Source: Torpedo marmorata
Lineage: Eukaryota
Direction: 5' to 3'
DNA length: 64,000 nucleotides
Assembly (NCBI GenBank): GCA_977017645.1
Contig: OZ360231.1
Coordinates: 50,344,001 to 50,408,000, forward strand
This document shows, one piece after another, positions 1 through 13,800 of this stretch. A program made the translations under genes and the position numbers. The number at the start of each line of letters is the position of its first letter. Position 1 is the stretch's first letter. Under the pieces are notes generated by a model, which did no database searches, was not told the DNA's origin, and saw only the letters and a program-made list of their open reading frames with translations.

Positions 1-1225
1 AATCTTCTTCAACAACATTTTCAAATGCAAAACCTCATCCCTTAAAATGACAGAGGCAGCAAACGTATGGTGCTGAAGAAAAATGTCGTGATGGGCCCAA
101 ATGACTATCGGCCAGTGACTCTGACATCCAACATCATGAAGTGCTGCGAGAGGTTGGTCATACTCATATTAACCGCAGCCTACCAGTGGCCCCATCCAAT
201 TCTCATACCACTGAAACATGTCTGCAGCAGATGCCATTTCCCTAGCCTTACACTCAGCCTTGGAACACCTGGAACAACAAAGACATCTATGTCAGACTAC
301 ATGTTATCAACTACAGCTCTGCTTTCAACACAATAGTACCAAACAAACTAATCCCCAAGCTATGTGCCCTTGGTCTCAACAGCCCTCTCTACATTTCGAT
401 CCTTGACTTTCTATGCTGCAGTTCACAATCATTGAGGATTGGTGACAGCATCTCTACAATCATCCTCAATGTCAGAGCACCACAAGGCTATGTACTTAGT
501 TCCTTACTGTACTCCCAGTGCACCCAAGACTGCATGGACAAACACTGTTCTAACTCAATCTATAAGTTTGTGGATGACACCACCATTGTAGGCAGGACCT
601 CTAACAATGATCAAATGGAGTACATAAGAGAGATAAAGGAACTTATGGCTTGGTGCCAGGGCAACAACCTGTCCCTCAACATCAGCAAGACCAAAGAGTT
701 GGTTATCGACATCTGGAGGAGAGGCAGAGTTCACTCCCCAGCCCAAATCAACAGTGCTGAGACAGAGATATTAGACAGCTTTAGGTTCCTAGGGGTAAAC
801 ATCTCCTGTGGTTTGTCCTGGTCCACCCACATCAATGCAATGGCCAAGAATGTGCACCAGCATCTCTACTCCAGCAGAAGCCTAAGGAAATTCGGCATGT
901 CGGTTGCATCCCTTAACAACTTCTACAAGTGCACCATTGAAAGCATCCTATCAAAGCTGCATCACCTCGTGGTATGGGAACTGCTCCACTCAAAACTGAA
1001 AGAAACTACAGAAGGTTGCAAAAGTGGCTCAGGCCATCGCACGTACACTCCTGCCCTCCATTAACTCCATCTATAACTCCCATTGCCTTGGAAAAGCACC
1101 CAACATATTAAGACTCATCCCATCACAGCTACACTGGTCAGGGTGAAGATTCACTTGTATGAGATCATGCACCATTAGGTTCAAGGCCAATTCCTTTCTT
1201 GTCGTTATCAGCCTCCTGAATTAAC
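1..1225 (+). mobile_element. Degraded Rex1/Babar-type LINE, RT and 3' region
   Basis: Frameshifted ORFs carry NDYRPVTLTSNIMKCCERLV, APQGYVLSSLLYS, YKFVDDTTIVG, LSLNISKTKELVID and FRFLGVNI, typical of Rex1-clade RT. Confidence 0.85.
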
Positions 1226-1263
1226 TCCAAAATAGTAAAATTATGTTGCCTTTGTTCTATATC

Positions 1264-2447
1264 ATAAGACCTAAGACATAGGAGCAGAACTGGGCCATTC
1301 AGCCCATTGAGTCTGCCCCACCATTTAATCATGATCTGATCCATTTTCCTACTCGGCCCCACTGCCCAGCCTTCTCCCCGTAATCCTTGATGCCCAGGCT
1401 AATCTTATCAATCTCTGCCTTAAATACATCCAATGACCTGGCATCCACAAATACCTGTGGCAACAAATTCCACAGATTTACCACCCATTGGCGAAGAAAT
1501 TCCTCCATGTCTTTGTTCTGTGGACATCCTTCAATCCTGAAGTTGTGCCCTCTTGTCCTAGACTCTCCCACCATGGGAAACAACCTTTCTACATCTGTCC
1601 ATGCCTTTCAACATTTGAAATGTTTCAATGAGATGACCCCCTCATTCTCTTAAACTTCAACGAGTACAGGCCAAGAGCTGTCAAACACTCCTCATATGAT
1701 AACCCTTTCATTCCTAGAATCATTCTTGTGAACCTCCTCTGAACCCTCTCCAATGTCAGCACATCCTCTTAAATGAGCCCGAAACTGCTCACACTACTCC
1801 AAGTGAGGACTCAACATCAACATCTTATATTCTATTCCTCTTGAAATGAATGCCAGCATTGCATTTGCCTTCTTCACCACCAACTCAACGTGCAAGTTTA
1901 TCTTCAGGCTATCCTGCACGAGGACTCCCAAGTCCCTTTGCATCTGGGTATTTTCAATGTTCTCCCCATTTAAAAAAATAGTCTGCCCGTTTATTTTTTC
2001 TACCAAAGTGCATGTCCGTACACTTTCCAATATTGTATTTCATTTGCCACTTCTCTGCCCATTCTCATAATCTGGCTAAATCCTTCTGCTGCCTGCCTGT
2101 TTCTTCATCACCTATTTCCGTATCATCTGCCATAAAGCCATTCATTCCATAATCCAAATCATTAATATACAACATAAAAAGAAGCGGCCCCAACATCGAC
2201 CCCTGTGGAACACCACTAGCAACTGGCAACCAACCAGAATATGATCCCTGTATTCCAACTCTCTGCTTCCTGCCAATCAGCCAATGCTCTACCTGCACTA
2301 GTATGTTTTCTTATACCATGGGCTCTTATCTTGTTAAGTAGCCTCATGTGCGGCACCTTGTCAAAGGCCTTCTGAAAATCCAAATACACAACATCCACTT
2401 CATCTCCCTTATCCAGCCTGCTTGTCACTTCTTCAAAGAATTCCAAT
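1264..2447 (-). mobile_element. CR1 LINE fragment (RT to 3' tail), internally deleted
   Basis: EFFEEVT..VDVVYLDFQKAFDKVPH, SGVPQGSMLGPLLFMLYINDLD and QRDLGVLV in broken frames; CR1-type 3' tail (cataagacc/cataggagcag...ggccattcagccc) near 1264. Confidence 0.9.
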
Positions 2448-5047
2448 CAGATCTGTCCTATTGGAATACCAACAGATCTCTCTCTGTAACTCTGCACTTT
2501 TTATTGTACGAAATCTCTACTGGTCTGCTTGAAAAACAACCTCTATCATTGCATCTTGGTACATGTGACAATAAACTTGAACTTACTCCCAAGGCGACAT
2601 TACATACCTTTATTTTTTAATATATTAAAATCCTGGCAGACTCAATTTAACAGGATGATGGAACCACCTTTACCACACAGACTTCAATGATTCATGTAAA
2701 TTCTCTATAGTAGCTGGAATGGATAACAGATGCCAGTCTTGCCAATGACACTCGTATATACGCAAAAACTAACAAATAAAAAAAATAGAAGTTTAAAGGA
2801 TATAAATTTTTCTTTTCCCGATTGATTCAAGTTCAGTATTTTATAAACAAGCTTAATGATTGAGCATTTTTTAACTTACGTATGAATTTCCTTAGGAACA
2901 GATTTAAGTTTTATGCTGTGTTTGCTGTAGAGTTGTGGGACTGCAACTGAAATGTTTGGTCATTTCAATAAAAGCAACTTTTATTTATATTAACTTGATT
3001 TTACCCACAAAATACAAAGATTATGTGTTAAGTACTGAATTATGAGTTCATTAATTCTGAGAAATGTGAAACAAGTTTCTTAATTAAATAACTGCAGTTT
3101 GGAACAAGTTCCTTTAATGCAGTTATACATCCACTTTTAGATTGGCACTAGAGAAGCAGAGAATTTCATTCAAAACAATAGACTGCATATGCAAATATGA
3201 AGAATCTAAGTATACAAACAAACTTTCACCATTTATTTGTTGTTTGCTCACAGTAATTGGGGAGTAAAAACTGAAAACAGATGTTTTGCATAATCTAAGC
3301 GATGGCCTCTCCTCTTCACTCTAACTTCTAATCCTCCATGGATTTTGCTTCCTTGTGTATACAGCATGCTGGCCTAATGAAGGAGGCATCTTTTCTGCAT
3401 GGCAGATAAAGATTATTAGTCTCTGGAGGACCTCTCCACCTTACAGCAGAGACCAGGCTTGAGAGTTCACTGAGAAACAGGGTGGGGGCATTATCCCAGA
3501 CTTGTCAGTTTAGAAAACAATTCCACAACCAGTTCTAGCTTGTTCAGTTTTGTGACTCACACCCAAGTGTAACAGGATATATCTCGGCAAATAAACACAC
3601 TGTCCCCTTCAAGCTGAATTTGATATTTGATTAATGGATTTTCTGTGGAAAATCGCTGCATTTCATGGAAGCATAGCAAAATACAACATTTTTTATGATA
3701 TAATAGCTCTGTGCTGTCCTTGGGAAAGCAGTGGCAAACCTGGCCTATCCCTTTAGGGTGATAACCATTACTTTCCTTCTGCTTTATGGGGAGATAGCAA
3801 AACAAAACAGAGGTCTGTTGCTGAGAAAATGTTACTAGATAAAAATAAACTCTCCCTGTTTCAACAGCATAAGCAGTTTTTTGCCGTCTAAATTTAATGT
3901 CCTGCATTGGCAGTAATTTGTAAAAGCCAAGATTCTTCATCACTCATGAACACTGATGACCGTACGTCCATGTATGGGTCTCTCTTACTGGTTACATATT
4001 ACACTTACCTAACAAGAATCTACAGAGGTTAATCTTAAAAATGTCAATTGATCGAAGATGTGCGCAGGCATTCAGGGGAAGGGCTTCACAACATCATCCA
4101 CTCTTTTGTAAATATATTGCTTCTAGTTTCATCCCAGCTTTCCTTCCAACTATCCTCTACACTCATTCACCAGAGAACATTTTTTCTGTCACTTGAGATG
4201 TGACCACCACCACATTACTTATTGGGTGTAATGGATTAGTATTAAAATCTATATATATGCTGAACTGCAGAATTATAACTAGGGTTAATATAGTTCTTGC
4301 CTCATAATGTGCATTTAATCTAAATGCTTGAGTACCAAAGCAATCAGGATAATATGGTGGCCAGAAATTACATCACTGATTATTATTCAAGGAGAATGGG
4401 ATTTTTGGAATGCATTCTTCAGTGAAGTCTGCCATCTGCCCAGATGTTTTCAACTTTACTCTTAATGCAGTAACAGACACTTTCAAACTAAAAATACAAA
4501 GCAGAAATATCAGTGAATATGGAATAATAAAGAATGATGAAAAGAAGTTATTCTTTCTAACTTGCTTCTGTGACTTGTTGCCAATTATGACATTTGGAAA
4601 TCCAGAACGGCTCATTTCAGATGATGAATGTTAAGTTCAGAACATTAGGGAGACAAAATAGCTATTTGAATTTTTATTTGCACTGCTGAAAACCCTCTGA
4701 AGCAGTGCTGAGACACAGACACTGCCTGTGTCAATGGACTTCCAAGCATGATTCTCTTTTTTAATCCTTGAGTCTGGATTTTTGGCACCATTGCATGTTT
4801 AAGCATGGTAGAGTAGGACTTCTTCCAATTCACCTCACTTTGTGATTATGCACTTTACTGCCAGATTGAATACTATGTGTAAGTTTTTGACTGTGTCAAT
4901 ATCTTTGGTTAAGCATTTAATACATTTGAAGACAAGAAATAGTGTGTTGCTGCAGGATTAAAATCTCTCTTGCAATTTAGTTCCATCGACTTCAATGGAA
5001 TTAAACTTTAGATTTCCCATGGTAAGATATTGCAAATTTAGCATAAG

Positions 5048-5817
5048 GCAAGGAGCTGATTGTGGACTTTAGGAAGGGATAACCAGAGGTCATTGGGGTA
5101 TCAGAGGTAGAGAGGTTGAGCAAATTTAAATTCCTGGGAGTCACTATCTCGGAGGACCTTTCCTGGTCCCAACACACTATTGTCATCGTGAAGAAAGCAT
5201 GTCAACGCCTCTACTTCCTCAGGTGTTTGCGAAAGTTTGGTATGACATCGAAAACCTTGGCAAACTTCTACTGATGCGTAGTGGAAATTGTGCTGCACCA
5301 TGGCTTGGTGTGGGGGCACCAAAACCTCTGAGCAGAAAGTCCTGCAAAAGTTAGTGGGTACAGCCCAATACATCACTGGCAAAATTCTCCCCACGCTCGA
5401 GAAAATTTGCATGGAGCGCTGCCGTTGGAGAGCAGATCCTCACCACCCAGGACATGCTCTGTTCTCGCTGCTGCCATCGGGAAGATGTATTGGTGCCACA
5501 AGACTCCTACCACCAGGTTCAGGAACAGTTGCTTCCACTCCACCATCAGACTCCTAACCAACAAACTCAGAGTCTCATTTAAAGTCCTCTTACTTTGCAC
5601 ATTTTTTATTGCTGTATATTTTTTTTCTGTATTGCACAGTCAGTTGTTTACATTTCTTTCTTTGTTTACATTTCTCTCTTTTGTATACCTATCTTCTCTT
5701 GAGTACAGTTTTTTGCACTACCAATAAGTAGAAATTCTGCCTGGCCTGCAGGAAAAAAGAATCACAGGGTTCTATGTGATGTCATATGTATACTCTGACA
5801 ATAAATCTGAACTTTGA
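5048..5817 (+). mobile_element. Rex1/Babar LINE 3' fragment
   Basis: KELIVDFRK..FKFLGVTISEDLSW..QRLYFLR..DPHHPGHALFSLLPSGR; ends in a caataaatctgaactttgaa tail. Confidence 0.85.
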
Positions 5818-6039
5818 ACACATATGTTTGGGAGAATTTATAGGGGGGTGGTGGGAGTTTGAAGATAGAACATTCATATTCACGCTGTCCAAAATCAGTG
5901 TTTTAGTCCCTAGTGCCCTTGTTTGTCATGCTTCAAGGACATCTGTGGTTTCCAGCATTTGAAGTCAGCTGTATTCCCCCAGCCAAATTGTAAATAAAGG
6001 GAAATACTGTATAGGTGCAGAAGAACAAGCAACAGCACA

Positions 6040-6270
6040 TGGATGACAAGCTCTCCGGGGACACACAAGGGGAATTTCCCCAAGGTGCATGTTTTTCTAC
6101 ACAGAGGGTGTTGGTCATATAGAATAGTGGTAGAGGTGGATATGATTACAGATGTAGAGGAATATTGGCCTAATGTGAGCAGGGGATGAGTGAAGCTCAG
6201 TATCACAGCAGGCATGGATGAGTTAGGCTGAAGGGCTGGTTCTGTGCTGTACCACTCTTTGTCTCTCCAT
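6040..6270 (+). mobile_element. Old CR1 3' remnant
   Basis: tttttctacacagagggtg...ggcatggatgagttaggctgaagggctggttctgtgctgt resembles the CR1 3' end seen elsewhere in the window. Confidence 0.55.
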
Positions 6271-7547
6271 TACTCTTTACAATTAGTTGATTGTTTTTGT
6301 ATTATCACATTATTTCCTTCATAGTTTTGATTTTGTACATTTATTTTATCATGACTTTCACTTCTGTAGACACAGTTTTCATTTGTAGCAAAGGAATGTA
6401 TCAAGTGGGATCTTAATAAATAGGAAATTTGGATGCAAATACAGAATCAACGTAAAATTTGAGTAGAAAAGGGTTGTCTAGGTTGTGTCCTCCTTCTCTA
6501 CTTGCCATAAAGCTGGAAGCAAGGCCTGTTGCAACATGGAGAGGTTGTACAAACAACTATGAATTTTCATATCCACTTTGCTGATAGTTAAGGGTTCCCC
6601 CAGAACAGTGCAGGCAGCCAATATGTTTAATCATGACAAGAGTCAAATAAACATTTGATTGTGAACAAGGCTTTCACTTTATAGTTGCTGCCCACATTTA
6701 TAAGGGTTATTACAGTCATTAGCCATTTTTACAGCGGATAACCCTTAACACCCAGAAGCATTTGCAGTGGTGGGTAACATGCAGCTTGGACTGCGACTGC
6801 AGACTGCTACAGATTGAAAGAATCTCAAGTGCTGCCATGGATTCTAGCAGTGATGCTCAAGATTGCCCCTTGTCCGATATGGTACGGTGTGCAGTACTCA
6901 CAACATGAGACATGCAATAATGCCATCCTAGATTGTGAAAAACCCAGTTGCTCTTTTCACCTGCTGGTTTTTGACAGGAGTGAATGAAATGTAGGCCCTT
7001 CTCCCAGTCCAGAAAGCTGTCTTATGCAACAATGGATGAGAAATAGCGAGATGGTGTGAATATCTCCACATCCAGCCAGATAATAAAGTTAATGTTTCCG
7101 ATTGTCTCAGCAGCACTGGTAATATTATCCCTGCCATTCTCTGAAGCTGCAGTTATGGCTAGAACAGATGGTATATTTTAATTAATAAGCCCTGAGAGAT
7201 CAAAAAACAGAAATTGTTCCACACGGAAACCGAAGTTGTGTTAAAAAATTGCTCTCTAAACATCTGTTAAATATATGATCTCCTGACAAGAGCCCTCTTC
7301 TACCAGTCGCTTATCCTGTTCTAAATTCTCTCTGGTTATTTTTGCAATCATGCCATGTTGCAAATACTACTATTGCACCCAAATCAGACAGCAACTAGTT
7401 TTTTGGAGACTAATTACCTTCAGTACCAATCCAACATTCCCTTATAATTTCTGCAACTGAAAGAGGCAAGTAATTGTAGAAGTGCAGCAACGTAATCAAC
7501 AGACAGCTGCCCTATAAACAGGGTTTATCCTTGTAGGAGGGAGTGAA

Positions 7548-8436
7548 TCACGAAAGTCTGCAGACGCTGTGATTGTAGTAAAAACACACCGAAATGCTGG
7601 AGGAGCTCAGCCGGTCTTGCAGCGCCCATAGGAGATAAAGATATATTGGCGACGTTTTGGGCCTGAGTCCTTTTTTAAGGAATATGCAAAGAATAAGCAA
7701 AAAACAGGAAAGGTCAGAATAGAGACAGTGCTGGTTGGGGGAGGAGTCCAGTCCAACAAAAGGTGTTAATTGGATATGATAAGAGGAGAGGTGAAAATTG
7801 ATTTTAGCTGTGTGAAAGGAGACAGAGGGAAAAGGGAGAGAAACAGAGCTGGGGAAAGGCGACGGGGGAAGAAGTTGGGGGGAGGGGGTTAACAAAAGCC
7901 AGAGAAGTCGATGTTAATGCCATCTGGTGGGAGGGTGCCCAGATGGAAGATGAGGTGCTGTTCCTCCAATGTACGGGTGGTCTCAGTCTGGCAGTGCATG
8001 AGACCATGGACAGACATGTCAGCAAGGGAATGGGACGGGGAATTGAAATAGGTGGCCACTGGGAGATCCACGCTATTGCGGCGGACAGAGCCAAGATGCT
8101 AAACAAAGCAAACTCCCAGACTGCGCACACTCTCTCTGCTACTTCTTCCCCATTGCCTTTCCCCAGCTCGCTCTCTCCCCCTTTTCCCTCTGTCTCCTTT
8201 CACACAGACAAAATCAATTCTCACTGCTCCTCATCATATCCAATTAACACCTTTTTTGGTCTGGATTCCTCCCCCGACCAGCACTGTCTCTATTCTGACC
8301 TTTCCTGTTTTTTGCTTATTCTTTGCTTATTCCTTGAAGAAGGGCTCAGGCCCGAAATGTCGGCAATATATCTTTATCTCCTATGGGCACTGCAAGACCG
8401 GCTGTATTCCTCCAGCATTTCGATGTGTTTTTACTT
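7548..8436 (-). mobile_element. Penelope-like element 3' fragment plus inverted copy of its terminal repeat
   Basis: Minus ORF LPVATYFNSPSHS...RTLEEQHLIFHLGTLPPDGINIDFS is a GIY-YIG C-terminus; about 8130-8436 is an inverted copy of about 7575-7875 (gaaatgctggagga...gggcctgag / gctcaggcccgaaa...cctccagcatttc). Confidence 0.85.
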
Positions 8437-9051
8437 TATCCTTGTAGTAACCCTGGTAGAGGAATCTTACTGCTGATTTTATGCTCTGATGTAGTGCTAT
8501 AGAAAGGGTATCAATTTGATCATAAAGCCTCAAATCATTGTTGCATGTTCAATCTCTTGACATATTTCATATTCTCAATATGCTTTCGCTGTACACTGGC
8601 TAATCATCAACCAATTCAGCAAATAGTGCAACTCACATCACAAATATATATATATGCTCATGCTGCAAGCACCACCTACCCTCCAAAGTAGGAAAGCTTA
8701 TAAAACAGAATGAACCCCTGTTAAAATTAACCGATTAATCTTGGGTAAGAAAACTGTATTCCTTAAAAATTGAGCATTTCTTCACATGCATAATTGTAGA
8801 ATATTTCAAGGGGAAACAGCTGGATTTTATTCTTCTTCATAACATTGAAGGAATATATGATGCTGTCTGCTGTGGTCAAATCCAAATACATTTACCGTCA
8901 GCAATAATGATTTTACATTTTTACAAGTTCTGTACCTAAAAAAAGTTGGCAAGTTAAAATTTACCCCTAACTCAACAACTGCAGAGATTAACAATTCTAA
9001 AGGAGTTATCAACATGCATTACATAAACTCCACTGCTAGTAATGTAATTAC

Positions 9052-9132
9052 CTGTATGGTCCACTTTGGCATCAGTTTCAGGCATTGGATTTGAGGTGAT
9101 GATGGGAGAACTATCTGATGGAGAGTCTGACT
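9052..9132 (-). CDS. Repeat-exon gene, 81-nt phase 1-1 exon (ESDSPSDSSPIITSNPMPETDAKVDHT)
   Basis: ttatttcttgcAG ... acag|GTaatt; 81 nt, no stop; divergent member of the exon family. Confidence 0.7.
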
Positions 9133-9979
9133 CTGCAAGAAATAACAAATCTGGCTGTTAGAAATGCACTTTATAAGAGTATACAATTTCATTGAAAGCC
9201 AAAGATGGGTCAAAATGTGCGTTAGGGGCAAGTTTCAATTCGGAAAAGTGTGTACGTGCAAAAATAGCAAAGCTTTCAGATACAGCAACACATTTAAATA
9301 TCAAGGAAATTTATACATTCTTTGATGATATACAAACAAGATGCAATGAGCAATGCATTTAATCATTGATGTGAACATCATTTGGAATATTCACTTGATG
9401 AAACAATAGTTGAGTTGGATGAAGCATGCATTCGGACAGAAAGGTGCTTCAAATGCAACAAATTAACATAGACTATTTGATATAATGAGCAAAAGTAAAC
9501 TGAAGTTAAAACAAACCAGATAGCAAAGATAGCAAAAGAACATCTTGCACAAATGCAAAACTATGCTACATGCAACATTGAATGGTATAACAGTACAAAG
9601 TTTATATCTGTGTCATAGGTTGGTAATATTTCAGACATTATTCAGTATTTTTGGAAGGTTGATATATGTACCAGATAAAAATAAGCCCAATTATAAGTTA
9701 AACTATTAGAACATATTTTCTCTGCATGAAAATAAAATGTAATACAAAAAACTTCATCCAAATCCCTTCTGGCATCAACTATTCTGTTAATTATTCTGCA
9801 ATTTCAATTTTTACTTCAACAAAAACTGTTTTTTTTTCAGGTAAAGAATAAATGTATTGTAGAAGTGACATGCAAAACATAAAATAAGAATGAAGACTGT
9901 TGAGCAACAAGAGATGATTATGCGATTTTTAACATAACATTAATCATCAAAAATACCATGCTGTTATTTTTGGATATAC

Positions 9980-10069
9980 CTGAGAGATCTTTTTCTTCAG
10001 TGTTACCCAGTTGAGATACTGGGGTTGATTGGAACACATTTGGAGTGTCAGATGAGGAAAGCCCATAGT
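9980..10069 (-). CDS. Repeat-exon gene, 90-nt exon (DYGLSSSDTPNVFQSTPVSQLGNTEEKDLS)
   Basis: tttttgtcctcgacAG ... tcag|GTatat; 90 nt, open, contains the SDTPNVF family motif. Confidence 0.8.
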
Positions 10070-11290
10070 CTGTCGAGGACAAAAACACTAAATGCAACCT
10101 TCGTTCATCTCTCATCAAATGGCATACCTGTCATACCTGTCTCATAGGTTAGTAGAATTAAAAAAGACTAATTGCAAATTTCTTTTGTCTCTCATGCACT
10201 GTCCGTGATAATACATTCTCTGTGATAGGATTTATTTTACAAGTATATTGGATGAGAACACACATGACTTCTGGCAAGACTAAGTGCTAAATTGTTAGTT
10301 CTGTGCTATTAAATATTTCTCATTCAGGAATAATAGCAATTTAAAAAGATGCATTTAGGTAAAAACTATATTTAAATTCTATGAAGTGCACAATATGAAT
10401 CAGATGATCCATTTCACAACAAGCTGAAACACAACATTTCAGGAAATGCATAACGTATTAAACAAAAGGAATAATGCAGGCAAAGGTACAAATCTGCAAA
10501 ATGCATGATAACGCATTTCATGCAAGAACAGCAAAACAGATTCCAAGCAAGATAAAGTGTAATTACAATGCATTCAATATACATTAGTTCAACATATAGA
10601 GTAATATGTAAATAGAATTTGTGACAGAATTTATAGCATGTCATACTCATTAATATCACAAATTTCAACAACATACCTTGAACCTCACAATATTGATTAG
10701 GCAATCTATTTTGCAAGCCTCTAAAGTTCATGTGATACAGTACAGTACACAGGTAACAGGCATAAAGGGAAGCAAGTCCTTTGCAAGCTTTGGAACACAA
10801 TGCAAAGTGATCACGTCATACTTTTCAAACAATGGCAATGGATGGACTCCAATGCAAGATACAGTGTCCAGAGCATTTTGAATCTGTAACCATTTCCACG
10901 GCAAACATGATACAGTGAAAATCCAGCATTGTGTTTACAAGCTAACAGCTGCATAGCTTGCAATCGCTTAAGCTTTTTTAAAAAAATATTGCAGAGTTAA
11001 TATATTCTTCAGTCTCAGTTTGATTGGGTTGCAAACATTCTTCATGCAAATTTTTTATGAAGGCAAGGTGTGTTATTCTACATTGCCTTCCATCTTTATT
11101 TATGGTTGAATGTTCTAATTTCCAGAATTTTCCATCTTAATTTATGATTTAATATTTGCTTGAAGATGTAAAATCACTAAAGATAATGCTATAATTTCTT
11201 AAAATCACATAATAATTTCAGAAAGAAGATAGTCTTAAAATATCAGATCACAATGTCAAGAACGCATTCCAGGAACATGACTGCAAATAC

Positions 11291-11380
11291 CTGCCAAATC
11301 CTTGACCTCTGTGTTATCATGTGCAGATTCGTGGCTTTGACTGAATACATTTGGAGAGCCATGGATTGGCAGTTTATAAT
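11291..11380 (-). CDS. Repeat-exon gene, 90-nt exon (DYKLPIHGSPNVFSQSHESAHDNTEVKDLA)
   Basis: ttttactccttatAG ... gcag|GTattt; 90 nt, open. Confidence 0.8.
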
Positions 11381-12852
11381 CTATAAGGAGTAAAAAGGAA
11401 AACAAGTACACACCTGCATTTCCTCTACATTGGTCTGCAGAACACATAGATATTTGGTCATGGAGGCATCAGAGCTTGGCATTCATATACAAGGAAAATG
11501 TTCGGGATGGGGGAAGAAATGAGATGTAGAGGTGCAGCATAGAGTGAACTTCATAGCTGGATCATTGGTGGATGTGGGAAATACGGTTGGGGTGTAGGGG
11601 GGAATAGGTTGGTGCCATGATGTTGGAGGGGATCAATAGTCAGGGCAAGATAGGAATGGAAGGGGACATTGAAGTTGGCAGGTTTGAGGCCTTGTACTCA
11701 AGGTACTGCTGAGAGAGCAGATCCAGGGTAGTATTTCATGGGAACAGGTGGTGGGGGTAGGTGGAGGATAAATTACCCATCCAGCACTGTGGTGGAAAGA
11801 CCACATTGTCTCAGGGGCTCCTGACAAAGGGTGATTCCAGCATGAAGTTTCAGTTTTCATCCAATGCACCAAAAGGAGTATTGCATGGGTAATTACATCC
11901 TCCTGTGCACCCAAAGTAGAGTTCAGGTCGGGGACATAAAGATAACTCATGCCCAGAAATGCCTGTTCAAATTTCCAGAAAGAAATGAAACAATGTGGAA
12001 ATGGCCATTACAATGTTTTGTTCTAAGGAGAATAAAATCAATTTCTCATTGCTTTGCCTTGAAAAAAATAAGTTGTACAACCACATTTCTATGATTGAGA
12101 CAGGCGGACTGGCCTTTTAAGTTGCTGCAATAACTGGAATCCTGTGGCAATTCCTGCTGTGAGTGAAAAATAAAGCTAATTGTAAAATTATCCACTGTTA
12201 ATAGTAGGGAGGTTCAAAATTCCATCCATCAAACTTATGACAGTTTGGCTACTAAGGACAAAAAGCTTGGAGTTGCCTTAATTTGTTCTGCATTTTATCA
12301 AAATTAAGTTTAACAAACACCAATCTGATCATGTAATGCTTTACATGAGTGTAGTCGTGAAAAGGTGCAAGTTGCAGTCTGTTAAAATATGGTGTTATAT
12401 ATGGAAAAGTAAATCATCTCTACATAATACAAATTGACTGCTCACACTTTTTAGTCAACACAGCTAATATAATTCTTCAGATTTGAAATACATTACTTAA
12501 CCAAATTCCACAAAGAAATATATGAAAAAGACTCCATACAAAAGATATAACCGCATCACAACTTCATAAATACATCAAATCTGGTCTAGCAAAATTTAAT
12601 TTGTGCCAAATACTTAAATACAAAACAAAACCTTTGTTCGCCTTGACTATAATGGAAGTGAAATGCTATGCTCTAGTAATATTCAAAACTTCAAGCATGA
12701 AAATAGTGATTAGCAAATACAGTATAGTTGCATTTCTTACAGTAACAAGTAGATAATGTATTTTCTTGCAAGATGTGGCAAATGAAATGACTGTACTTTT
12801 CAGAACGAGACATGTGACCAGTGAGTGACTCGTATGACAGGCAACCTATTAC

Positions 12853-12942
12853 CTCTGATCTCTTTGTCTTCTTTGTTATCAAATTCAGATCTTGGAGTTG
12901 AACTGAACATACGAGAAGTTTCAGAATTTGTTGCTTTAGGGG
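12853..12942 (-). CDS. Repeat-exon gene, 90-nt exon (APKATNSETSRMFSSTPRSEFDNKEDKEIR)
   Basis: ttttctttgtttcttctAG ... agag|GTaata; 90 nt, open. Confidence 0.75.
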
Positions 12943-13289
12943 CTAGAAGAAACAAAGAAAATTGTTTGCATCTTTACCAATGGACACAGTGTACTATTTT
13001 GATCATCTATTATTGTTTTGTCAATTATAAGTACGGTAAATAAATTAATTGCTCAAAAACTGATTGTAACAAATTTATCCACACAATGATGTATTTGGTT
13101 TAACAAGAAAATAATCTTCATCTTATTCTGTTGCAAGTCATAATCCCAACTAATAATCACAGGAAAAACATAATCTCTGTAAATTTCTGTCAAGAAAAGC
13201 TGTGTCCAACATTTTTCTCAATTTTTCCTACTGCTCATCTCCAACAAGCTTGTGTGACTAACCTACACGCAAAATGAAAAAACTTACTC

Positions 13290-13800
13290 CAGAAACAAGG
13301 TCACCCCAACTTTGGTCAGCAAGCCGGAGTCCACAAACAATGGTTCTGAATGCACATGTTCGGAGGTCCAAATCACTGTTGCCTTATTCATTGTAACATA
13401 CAAGTAAATGGGTCTTACACATTGCATCTGCAAAACAAAGGTCCTCCACCAACCTTCACCATGGTAGAACACGATTCTCTGGCAGTAAGAGTTTATGTAA
13501 AGACCCTGGAAAATACCGACCACTTCCTGCATCTTGAGAGCTACTCTCAATGAAGGCAGACATCAACTATCCCTCAGTACAGCCTTTGGCCACTGAGGAA
13601 AAGTATGTTCAAGGATAAGGACATCAAACCCAGCTCAGGTTCATTGTTGACCAGACAGCAGTAATCCTTTCCCTCCAAAAAGTAGCTGGTGTAAGAGCCA
13701 ACTTCCTCCAACTAAGTGCTTATGCAAAGTGCACAAATCCCACAGTGGCCTCATCAGTCACTCCAAAACACATAGAACTGGAGGTAAAGCAGGTTATCAT
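13290..13800 (+). mobile_element. Highly degraded RTE-clade LINE fragment
   Basis: Broken frames read MGLT..ICKTKVLHQPSP, LENTDHFLHLESY and LRKSMFKDKDIKPSS, resembling the RTE RT C-terminal segment (GLTLN..KTKVL; F.YLGS; AFGRLRKRVF...DI). Confidence 0.6.

Noticed and set aside
3557-3943. 128-aa ORF and possible exon at about 3561-3613 with GTGAGT donor
   Set aside because: Poor pyrimidine tract, phase incompatible with the array and no recognisable product.
13284-13550. Minus-strand ORF ending at a GTAAGT donor-like site
   Set aside because: The phase-1 frame has stops; the region is the antisense of a degraded RTE LINE.
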